DNA of 58,109 nucleotides, filler included, from Perkinsus olseni (Eukaryota): NCBI GenBank assembly GCA_013115125.1. It is 2 parts of 2 records of this genome, joined end to end, with 100 filler letters (N's around TTAATTAATTAA, not from the genome) between each part and the next. Parts side by side here need not be neighbours in the genome. Positions count along the whole stretch, not along the records: positions 1 to 29,005 come from JABANN010000435.1; 1 more part is not named here. One strand, 5' to 3'. Shown piece by piece: positions 12,701 to 23,109 of this stretch (position 1 is its first letter; each line of letters starts with the position of its first letter). The notes under the pieces were generated by a model. It saw only the letters and a program-made list of their open reading frames with translations, ran no database searches and was not told where the DNA came from. The position numbers and the translations under genes were made by a program.

Positions 12701-13328
12701 CATCGACTTTTCGGGGGATTAAAAATGTTCGACTGTTTTCTAGGCAGCTGCTTTAGCGGTCGGGGCAATTATGTATTTTACTTCATCGCGTCATGCAAGC
12801 TGAGCTCTCCTGTGGTGTAGTGTCGAATATAGGTGGTCGACAGTACAGGCACGGTCTAGTACGGAGTACGGTAGTAGTTAATACGTACTAGTCCTCCGTA
12901 CCCGTACTAGGTTGCCAGTTTGAAACCTACTCCGTACCGTACTTTCCCCGACCCCAGCTTTAGTGTCGAATGAGAAACGGCACCAATAAAATTTGCGGAA
13001 AATTTTCGCGAGAAAATTAGAAAATTTTCCGGGAAGTTTCTGCTTTTGTTTTATCAGATTTCCTCCCTTGCTGTTGATGCTGCGAATGCAATTGGTATCG
13101 ATTTTTGCAGCGTTGATGTTGTGGAGCTCGCCGATGGTGACTTTAAGATTCTCGAGGTATCTTAGGGCGGAGCGAAGCGATTTTTACCTGTCAAGTTTTC
13201 GTTAGGTTAACTGTGGGGTGATGATGGATAACTTCTTGAGCCAAGATGACGGGGAGTATCGATCGATTGCGAAGGGAATATATAAAGACGCATTGCAGCT
13301 AGCCCTCTCGAGGCAACCCGGAGTATGA
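9767..13328 (+). CDS. RimK-like ATP-grasp ligase (spliced, ~9 exons; 5' end approximate)
   Basis: GT-AG-bounded exons give TSVFGYTFDVNTAAAVEICKEKSATSIVLADHG / VPNVPH... / LVLKPLKG-TGGNDVM / PFLDIINEYRVV...LVGDGVSTITEL / LQWKHNLGLGA / LAVDAANAIGIDFCSVDVVELADGDFKILE-VNCG, i.e. the ATP-grasp DK-like, KP-xx-G-x-GG and VD...LEVN motifs. TGA at 13326-13328. Confidence 0.82.
12818..12971. mobile_element. Small intronic insertion flanked by 11-bp direct repeats
   Basis: TAGTGTCGAAT at 12818-12828 and 12961-12971 encloses 132 bp built of inverted AGTACGG/CCGTACT motifs. Confidence 0.5.
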
Positions 13329-13334
13329 AAGCTC

Positions 13335-13560
13335 GCACAGGTTCGATCCCGGCGGATGACAGTTTTACGTCTGCTTTAATCGACTGTTTCTGGATGCTCC
13401 AATATGCAGTTCGTTTCAGCTTCCGGTTGCCGAGGATGCTTGTGTGAGTTGCTGCCAGAGGCCCCCGGTTCAATTCCCGGTAGAGGTTCGTTTTCATTCT
13501 CGTGATAGAGGTAGGGTCGTTCCGAATCGACCCGGGTTCAATTCCTGCTCATTGCGATTC
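13335..13560 (+). other. Three tRNA-like 3' fragments (B-boxes) in the RimK-USP7 intergenic region
   Basis: GGTTCGATCCC (13340), GGTTCAATTCCC (~13468), GGTTCAATTCC (~13536); no complete cloverleaf. Confidence 0.7.
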
Positions 13561-13641
13561 GTCGCTAGAATTGGGAAGTGTTATTTGTAGCGGAGCGAAG
13601 CACTTTTATTTTCCCTTGTATTGGTTGTTATCATTTTTGAA

Positions 13642-16600
13642 ATGTCTATATTGAGCGGTGGAAGGTCGCCCTCATCCACTGAGCGTCGAGAAGATTCCTC
13701 CTCGCCCAACTCACAGACCAGCGGGGACGGTCGGAAAGGATCTGCTGGGAATGATCATAGTGCTGGTAATAGTGGGAAGGGGATGGATGACGATGGCAGC
13801 TTGGGAATCTTAGGTCGACTATTGTGCTTGACAGAGAAGGGGATGCGTTGACTTCAGGAAAGTTTTTTTTGATTTTTGGGGGATTTTTTGAGACTCATCT
13901 CACGCAGTAATATCTGTTGATAAGTAGTTTTTTGGCGCGTTGGAATTTTATGCTACTCGTCCGATGTTAATGTGTTTTTGGTTAAATGAGGCCTCCGTAG
14001 GCTCCATCAGCGTTCCACGGCAAACGATACTTTTTTGGGTGATGTCCCGATTTTTCGCGGAACCTCGGTCGATTTAAGGCTTTCATACCAACTTTTCCGC
14101 AGTTAATATACCGCCATGCTCCCCGAACGAGCTTGAGTTCAAGATCAGTGATATCGGAAAATACCAAGCCCTCGAGCAGATCAGATCGCCTGCTTTGACG
14201 GCCGGACCCTTCACTTTTAAGGTAAAAAGAAAAGGCGGAGCGAAGCGTTTTTTCTATTTTCGCGATCGCGGAGTGCGGCTGGTTTTGCTGTAAGGGTTTG
14301 GTGAATATTGGCATTTGGGAATTGTGCAGATTGTTGGTGGTTTTTTTGACACTTGCTGGTTTGGTTTTTCTACTTTATATTGATGTTGATTAAATTTTGG
14401 TGAACTCGTCTTCTATGGGAAGAAATATTTTTTTCAATTTGTCGTATAGTTGAAAAATGTTTGATTATTCTGGTGAGGTCGATCGTACTTGGGTCGTATG
14501 AATTTAGTCGATATCGTATCATGCGATACAAGTTGCTGAGCTCTGCTAATTACCATTGGTCAGTTTATAACTGTTGAATCTTTTTCGGTTGTTGTTGTAG
14601 TTGCTGATCTTCCCTCACGGTAATCGTGTGCGGCCACCAGCGTATCTGGCGGCGTACGTAGAGTGTCAGGAGAGGAAGGAAGGTGATAAAGGGACGGCGG
14701 TTGGTGATGGAGGTTGGGGTTGTATTAGGGCAAACTGCTGTTGGTTTATTCATGTAATTTTGGGTAGCGGGACTCTCGGGAGTGTTTAACAGATTTTCAG
14801 AGTGGGGAGGGTCTCGGCTCGGGAAAGTGAGTAGGTTCTAAGTACGGCTCCTCCGGCATAGGGGATCAGCCTTGTCGGCTCTCCATTTCTTGGGATGGTC
14901 GCGCCCCTCTGCCTGTGGAGCTTCCCACTGTCTGGCTTGGGAGTTGGCGGAGTTTTCCTCAGTTTTGGGAGTCCTCCCAGAAGAGAACCTGTGACTGGAG
15001 AAGTCTTTTTGAAGGCGTGAATGATTCGCATACTGTTGTTAAATTATAGAATGCACTGGGAAGATTGTTAGCCGCTTAGTTACCCCCTCGGATATTTGGC
15101 GCTCTCCTCGATTGCGGGGCAGAGGCGAAGTATTCTTATTGTTTCTGGGAGTTGTTCGTGCGCGTCTTTTCGATGGTTTTTCGTTGTTGTTGATGTATGG
15201 TTATCCATCTTTGCTGGTTTGTTTCGGGAAAATTTGGTATGGCTCGCGGTCTGTATTTCGTGTGAGTTTTGGGTGGGGATGACGATTTAATTTCGTGGCG
15301 CAGTGACGGAATCGAGAATGTGCATTGTGGCAGGTATGGATCCTCGGTTCGTGTATGCCGGGGTGAAGTTCCAGATAATTGTCATCAACCAGATGGACTA
15401 TCGAAAATCAATGGTAAGTTGGTAGTGAGTGGGCGGAGCGAAGCGATGGGCATTGTGGAAAATTTGTTTCTGAATGATCGGTTGTGGCTGTGAAAGTAGC
15501 ATAAAAATTTAATGCGAAGATCGCGCTAGGGGACTCAAGTTGGCGTGTGTGTGAGTTTTAAGTCCAACGCCGAAAACCGGGTTAGTCAGCAGACTAGCAC
15601 CTCCGATTTATATTGTTCCAAAAGGGATGAGGGTTAAGGCGAGTTTATTGAGCACCGGCAGAGGGCAGGGCAAAACTAAGATACTTTTTTGGCCATCATT
15701 GCTGGTTGCAGGTGAAGTCGGATACGCACAACTTCTGCAAGGCTGAGATCGACAGGGGCTGGCACGATCTGGTCCCGATTGAGCGGGTGTTGGACCCTCG
15801 GGAGGGATGGCTGGACAAGGATGGGAATCTGGTAGTAGAGGGAAGGGCTGGGGGGTCGGTGTTGATGCGTATCATAGTGGAGAGGTCGAGCGTGGAAGAT
15901 ACGGAATAGGTCGGGAGAGTGTTTGGATATTGGTTGGTGTGGTTCGCGCGCGCCCGGAGGAGAATGGGGTAGCTTAGTCAAATGTTTGTTGGCAAGAAGT
16001 ATGTTAAAATTCGGTTAAAAATTGGCGGTCGGGCGGGGTGCAAGGTTCGAACCTGGGTTGGCCGTGTGATAAGTTGAAGCTTTAACGATTATGCCAGGCT
16101 TACTGGCAGCGTTTCGTACGGTTCTACTGTTAGGTGATGAGGGCCTCAGCTTATGCTAGGCAGGCGGAAACGGTGCTGGGAAATGGAACGGACAGGGAAC
16201 GAGGAGGGACTGGGTAGCTCGAGATGATCATCTTGCAATCTTGCAATCTTGCATTTCCTCAACAGTTTTGTCGGCCTCCGCAACCACGGCGCGACCTGCT
16301 ATTTGAACGGCTTGCTGCAGTCCCTTTACCATTTGGGACGTTTCCGGGAGATCGTCTATTCGGTCGACCCGAAGGCTGAGCGAGAGCGTAAGATACTCTT
16401 GCGCACAGCGAAGATTTTTTAGGCGTATCTTTGGTTAGGGCTGGCGAAAGATGAGCTTTCGGGTGGTGATGGTGAGGAGGTTGATAGCCTTGCTTGCATG
16501 AGCCCATCGGGAGGCCGACTTAGTTTGCCCATTGCCTTGCAAAAGGTAAGATTTTTGGAGAATCTTTTTTTCTGTGTTTACCTAGCTCGACATATATTTA

Positions 16601-19600
16601 TAAAGATACGATATTATAACAATATGAATATCTTTTACTGTTGTCCTTGAACAGTTTAAATGAAGTGGTAGTGAGTTTACAGTCCAACGCCGACGGTTCC
16701 GGCTCAGTTAGACTCGAAGCCGGGGTGCTCAGTGAGGACGTTTCTGTAGCGTTGACATGCAGTCCAAACAGACGGTTTGGGAGGAGCTTTACTTGGCTCT
16801 GATTGAGGAATCTTTTTTTCTGTGATGAGCAGGAGTGACCATGCTTAGGTATTTTTGGATCTTCAAACTTCGGATGTACCGGTGGCCTGCAGGGATCTCA
16901 TAAGAGCTTTTGGATGGGACTCGATGGACGCCTTCACTCAGCATGATGTACTAGAAGGGGTATCTTAGATCGAAGCTGGCTCGTTATAGGTTGACAAGAT
17001 TCTCTCTGCGGGATGAACACCCGCCGGGGATCGAACCGGGGACCTCTGGATTACCCACTTTCAGGCCCAAGAGCTGGAACGGCTTCTGTGCGATAAATTG
17101 GAGGAGAAGTTGAAGGGGACGTCAGTCGACGGAGCGATACAGCAGCTGTTCGAGGGGGAGTTGGAGAACTTCATCGAGTGTGTGGATATTAGCTATTCTA
17201 GCCGACGGTAGTGATCGGGGGCGCGACTTTTTCACGGAAAATTTGCGGAAAGTTTCCGGAAAATTTTGGGAAATTTCCGATTTTGAGTGGATGTTTCGAG
17301 TGGCGTTTCGCTTTTTGCGAAAAATTCCGAGAATTCCCAGGAAGTTTCGGGAATAATCGGGAAGATTTAGAAGAAGTTTGGGGTTTCCTTCTCTGAGTGC
17401 GAAGGGATTTGCGACGGTTGGCTTTTTTCGGGAAAAGTTCTGGGAGATTTTCTTTCTTTTGGCAAAAAACTCAAATATTTCTCATGATCAGGTTGGAACC
17501 GTTTTATGACCTCTCCCTTAACGTGGCCGGACTCAAGACCCTTCAAGAGTCTCTACTTGATTTTACTCAAGTTGAGATGCTCGAGGGAGAGAACGCGTAC
17601 GAGGCTGAGGGTAGCAAAAAATGGAGATGGGGTGATTCGACCCGGGGACCTTTGGGTTGTTAGGTAACGGCAAACAGCGCGCCCGAAAGGGAATTCGATT
17701 TACGAAGTTTCCGCCAGTTTTGAATATTCAATTGAAAAGATTCAATTTTGACTTTGAGCGGATGGACATGGTCAAGCTGTAGGAGTATCTTTTGGCGTAT
17801 CTTAATCGATCAGGTGATCGATTTTGTCAGGCATGATCGATTTGAATTCCCAACTCGTTTGAATGTGGATAATCTCTTGCCCGGCACGGGAGATTACGTA
17901 CTTCATACAGTTCTGGTAAGTTTGCTGCACTCGAAAGATTCTGCGTATAGCAAGTATCTTTTTCCCCGTAGCACGCACGCTTTAACCTTGGATACTGAAT
18001 TAGGTTCATTCTGGAGATGTTAATTCGGGTCACTATTACGCGTTTATTCGACCCAAAGGAGAAGGTACTAGTCTTTTCTTGACGTAAAAAGCGCGCGCCC
18101 AACTGATCGATTTCTCTGTCAGGTACCGATTGGTTCCGTTTTGATGATGATTCTGTGACTAGAGTATCGGAATACGCGGCGGTGGGTTGTGCCGACGGAG
18201 CGAAGCGTTTTTTGTTTATCATTTTTCGTGTCTTGGTTCAGGTCGAGGACAATTTTGGCGGTGATGATGTTGTGCCGTGTGATTATTTGACGAGGGGGTT
18301 GCGATCGTCCTCGGAGGTCACCAGGCAGCGGATTTACAGCGCGTAATCAAAAGGTCGTGGGTTCGATCCCCGGTGGGTGTATTTTGCTGTAATTTTATTC
18401 AGTTATTTATTGGTATATGTGAAAGAATCGGAGTCGGGAAAGATTCTTACGAATCCTTCTTATGAAACTGTAGTATCTTAGGTCGAAGCTGGCGTTGCAC
18501 AGAATTTGGATTTAGGTCAAGAATCGTCTTGAACTGGAGTCCAAGAGAGTTGATGACCGGAAGCGCGAAAGACAGGCGGCGGCCATGCATGTCAACGTTA
18601 GGGTTGTCACGTCCGCTGATCTTAAACGGGGAGAGGTAAAATGGGCGAGAAATTCCGAGAGTGGGAGAAAATTACCCCGAGGCTGCCGGGTTGAATATGT
18701 GATGAAGCGTATGCGAAGGACCCGGGTTCGAATCCCGGTGGTGACGAAGTGATTTTCGTTATGGTTCAAATTTTTAGAAGACTTAGCGGAGCGATGAGGT
18801 TTAGTAGAAAATTTTTGTATTTTTATTAGTATCTTTCGAGCTTATCCCAACCTAGAATGTAGAAGTTCCGCGATTAGACAGGAAGTTTATTGGTATCTTT
18901 ATTTCTGTTAAATGCATGAGTCAACCTTCGGTCAGTGGTCGGGTGCGCAGATCCCACCTCGTTAAATCCAATTCTGCATTTCTTGATTCTCAGGGTTTCG
19001 GCGTGTCCCCCATTTCCGATACCGCTGGAACGACCGTACGGATGCTCAGGACGGCGGAGGTACGAACCCCGGTGGAGTCATTTTTCGAGAATTTCTTTCC
19101 GGAAAAAAATACATTTTTTCCGAGCAGATACCGCAGATTGCTGAGGGTGTGGCCGAAGCTTTGAAGGAAAACAGCGACAACTCGATCGATTTGGATCCGA
19201 CCGAACTCGGTCTGGCGTATCTTAGACGCCGTCGTCTGGACGGGTAGTGGGGGGAATTTTTTTTGAATTTTTTGAATTTTCCTCCGTTTTCTGTTTTTTG
19301 AGATATTTTTCCGGATTTTTTCTATCGTCACGAGTATCATTGCTTTTCTCGGGTAATTAATACCGCTGCCGGGAATCGATTCGCGTCATTCTCTTCAGGG
19401 TAACTCAGATGGACTGGTCTCAACTCAAGAGCGATATGATAGTCTCGGAGAGTGCCGAAGAGGACAGCACAGGCGCAGCCGATTGGAATATGTATGGTGA
19501 CACTAGCAGGGACGGTGGTGATGGTCATCATCATCTTCATCGGAATGGCCGTGGGAAGCCGGGAAGGACCCTGGATTCTATGCTTAACGATGCGTAAGTT

Positions 19601-22600
19601 TACTCCGAAAAATATTGAAATATTTATTTTTTCCTCGCTGTTGGCTTCAATTGAGAAGAGGTAAAATGCATAGGAAAGTCCAAAAATCCAGTGTATATCC
19701 GATTAAGATTGGCGGCGGAAAACAGGTGATTTTTGAATATTTTTTACCTGGTGCTGGTGCGGGGAGATTATTTTACGAACTAGAATTTGGAAGCGGTTTG
19801 CACCACGATTTCGGAAATTTTCGTGTATTTTCCCAGACGGAAAATAGAATTTCTGGCTGAGAAGTTTTCTGATTTTTGAGGCTTTTTTACGATAAACTGC
19901 CGCTGTTCGAATCTTTTGGATGCTAATTTTACAAATTTCCCATCAGTTTTAAGACGACTGTTGGCAGCCGAACAGCGGGGGAAGGAAGGGACAGGTCTCC
20001 AGAAGTTGCGGACATTACGGTACTAGAAGCTTCGGTTGAATTTCGTGGCGCGCGGTCATTTCTTCACCGTCAGATACTAGCCGTACCCAGTCACACTCTG
20101 ACGGTTCATAAACGGTTACACATCGGTCGTGCAAAACCTGAACGGATCGGAGAAATAATTGAGAAAAATCTGGGTAGTCTTAGCGGAGCGAAGCGATTTT
20201 TGTTATGTCGTTTTTTGTGTGAGGTACTTTGGTCGTATTGAAGTACTATTGTCCGAAAACTCACGCTGTGGTCCAGCTGGGAGCAGACTATCTTTCGCTG
20301 ACCGGGGCAGCGGCGGCGACGTCCCCGACCGTACGATCGGCGTTGGGGTCGAGATTATTGGAGATGGTGGAGAACTGTGGACTGCGGGAGTCGCAGGAAA
20401 TTGATCAGGATACTCTGACTAAGGTGACCTATTTTGTATCTTACCAGCTTGACTTGTGGATACGTGGGAATAGACTCCGTTCAAATGCTAGCGGAGCGAA
20501 GTTTTTTGGAATTTTTAGTTTGTCTCTGCGTGGTCGTTGGAGCCGGCCTCATCGAAGGAGAGCGGATCAGTTCTCTGCTATGAAGAGGCGGAGCGACGCA
20601 CTGGTTTGACGTCCGTGAAATTGGACGATCCTCAGGAGCTTGCCAACTTGGTAAGTGAAATCTTTGATGTGAATTTCGCTCGCCCTGATGATCGATTAGA
20701 AATCAGGTTTCTGTGTGTAATGGTGTTGTACCAGTATTGGTGTTGCAATATTACGATGGTCCGATGCCGCCGGTCTCCGCGGTGCCGGATCCAAGCTTGA
20801 TGGAGGTCCCTAGAATAAATGTAAGATACGTCAAGCTGGAATATCATAGGTTAACCTCGGGTGTAAAGATACTCACTGCCTCGGATTGTTTTGCGAGTAT
20901 CATTAACAAGGCGGTGATCACAATTCACTTGGTGGACCCATCGGAGGAGGTCAGCATTGACGGGATGTAATAATTGGGGAAATCTTCAATCACTAAAACA
21001 GCTGGACTGGGCGCTTTGGAGATTCTGTCACGGAAAGGTTGTGGGTTCGAATCCCGCGGGTGTCATTTTTCGCGCAGTAGTCGATTAGCAGGTAGAATTT
21101 TCGGTGCGGCGAGTTTTTGGATGATTTTCTAACGTTTTCGTATCTGTCGTGGGTCAAGCTTGGATACTTCCTCATCCACGCAGAAACTAATCGAAGACAC
21201 CACGAGATTTTTCGGTAATTTTTCTGTCCGAATTTTTGTGTTTTTTTCAGATGCTCTCATGACAGTTGGGATCGGCCATTCTCTCGCGGTACGGATTATA
21301 CGGCAAGCGGCGGCAATACGTCCTCGGCGGCGGCATCGGCTCAGTAAAAAACGGGGAAAATCGGGAAATTTTAGGATAATTCGGAAAATATTATCATTTT
21401 CCCTTTTAGTTCGTCGCCGGTTGCGTCTATCGCGGCCCACGGTCTTCCGCATCCGACCGAAACGGTGGAGATGGACTTGAGGTGGAGTCTCGGACAAGTT
21501 ACTCTAGCGGTCAGGGAGGCCTTCAACATTAGTGATGAGTAAGGTCCCGGGTTCGATCTTCGGCGGCGGCATTTTATCTTCATTTTTAGTCAATCGGTGC
21601 TTTTGACCGCCGGGGCGACGCCGCCAGCGGCTTGTCGAGAAGAGTTCCTCAACAACGGCCCCGAGGCGGGGTGCTCTTTTCTGGGAAGCCATCAGAGATT
21701 TTTCGTAGGTGTAGGGTGTGGGAATAGAACCTGTGCGGATTGTGATGCGTCTTAGGCGTCCATGGACGACACCAATTCTGCCATTCACGCTGCAGCGTCG
21801 AATGAGAAGTTCTCATTTTTGCAATGGGGACAGCCGCCCATGCACGAGTGGGCGATGCAGGCCGTGAGCGTCCCGAAGAGGGTTGCTGAGAATCCAAACG
21901 GATGCGCTTGCGTACGGGTCCATACCACACCATCCGCAAATCATGACCGGCACGCCAGGTTCGCTTCTTCGACGAGCATGTGAGGGAGGTCGCCAACGGG
22001 CTTATGACGGTCGTGCCGGTGTCAGAGTGCTACCCGACGCAGTCCAAGGCGGAAAAGGAAGACGAAATTGAAGGTCCCGAGAATGCCGCAGGTTCGATCC
22101 CGGCACCTTGCATTTTTCTCGCCAGATATTAAACCCTGTCTGACGGTCAACCAACTCTGGCAGCACCTCGTCGATGAGAACCCAGCCTTCGTTAGCGACT
22201 GCCGGAAGGCCGGTGTAATTCACGAGGGCGAATGTGATGCTAAAGCAGTACCAGTGAGGATGGTCGTAGCCGATAAGTCCAAGGTTCGAATCCCACGCGC
22301 TGCATTTTTCGGCATTTTTTTCTGAGTCAGTTGGTGGAGGTCTACGGCGGGGAGGACAACATCTTCCAAGAGCTGCAACGCTACAGCACGGCACAGAACA
22401 AACTAACCAACGTTTTCTTTGAGTAACCAGAGCAGATAATTTCGTGGCGCGCGGTCATTTTCGCATCATCAGTTACATTCGTCTGGAGCGGGACGATGAC
22501 GATTGTCGTGCTAGAATAATGACCGTCCGCTCCCCTGTGGAGGATGGTCAGCCATTGACGGTCTATGTGCAGCATTACGACCGTGGCACCCAGGGAGGGG

Positions 22601-22968
22601 TCTATTTCGGATTCCCAACACTCGTCAAGATCATCGTGGTAGGGCTTTCAATTTATGCTACCGTCACGACTGTAACCGTTTTTTATCAGGGCCAAACAAC
22701 CGGAGCGGAGTTGAAAGAAAAGATTCGACAGAAGCTGCTCGTGCCCGAGCATGTGATGAATCGATGGTGGATGGTGGCCCATTCGAGGCGGCTCAATAGC
22801 GCCGGTCGGCAGCAGCTCATCCGAGGGGAAGATGTCATCACAAAGGATCTTGTTGGCTATGACGCCGATGACTTCGCCGTTAGTTTGGACCATCCTCATC
22901 CGCACCCGCCAGCTCGTCTGCCTGGGTCGAGGAATGGTTCGAGGTACCGTCCTTTGACTATCAAGTGA
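13642..22968 (+). CDS. USP7: Ubiquitin-specific protease 7 (MATH + C19 catalytic + UBL domains), >25 exons; start approximate
   Basis: MATH: ELEFKISDI...AGPFTFK|LLIFPHGN...YLAAYV; HNFCKAEIDRGW. Cys box: FVGLRNHGATCYLNGLLQSLY (~16265-16330). Then FGWDSMDAFTQHD|AQELERLLCDKLEEKLKGT; EPFYDLSLNV; FPPVLNIQLKRF. His box: VHSGDVNSGHYYAFIRP; WFRFDD; SAYLLVYV. C-terminus: QHY...YFGFP...SLDHPH...PLTIK* (stop 22966-22968). Confidence 0.93.
17611..17663 (-). other. 53-bp USP7 intron that is an antisense tRNA 3' half plus terminator
   Basis: Intron splits NAYEAE-G-NGKQ. Reverse complement is CTAACAACCCAAAGGTCCCCGGGTCGAATCACCCCATCTCCA-TTTTTT-GCTAC. Confidence 0.75.
18343..18402 (+). other. 60-bp USP7 intron beginning with a sense tRNA 3' half plus terminator
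   Basis: Intron splits the conserved SA|YLLVY. Sequence GTAATCAAAAGGTCGTGGGTTCGATCCCCGGTGGGTGTA-TTTT...TTCAG. Confidence 0.8.
21539..21589 (+). other. 51-bp USP7 intron made of a tRNA variable loop/T-arm fragment
   Basis: GTAAGGTCCCGGGTTCGATCTTCGGCGGCGGCA-TTTT...TTTTTAG; splicing restores FNISDDQSVLL. Confidence 0.72.
22074..22125 (+). other. 52-bp USP7 intron made of a tRNA 3' fragment
   Basis: GTCCCGAGAATGCCGCAGGTTCGATCCCGGCACCTTGCA-TTTTT-CTCGCCAG; splicing restores EIEDIKPC. Confidence 0.72.
22284..22330 (+). other. 47-bp USP7 intron whose donor is the T-loop GT
   Basis: GTTCGAATCCCACGCGCTGCA-TTTTT...TCAG. This phase-0 donor keeps the frame open (ADKSK|LVEVY); the nearby phase-2 alternative hits a stop. 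Confidence 0.7.
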
Positions 22969-23109
22969 TTGTGGTCGCGATAGTAGCATAAAACTTGCTA
23001 GCTTTTTCTGTACCATTAAAAAGTTGAGTTACACTAGTAAAAACACAATACGAACGATGATTAGTAGTAGTAAGGACAGCGATGGTAGTAATGGTAGAAT
23101 AATAAGCAG

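Noticed and set aside
13335-22330. Cluster of functional tRNA genes
   Set aside because: Most fragments lack a 5' half or A-box (coding exon sits there), and the stems do not pair.
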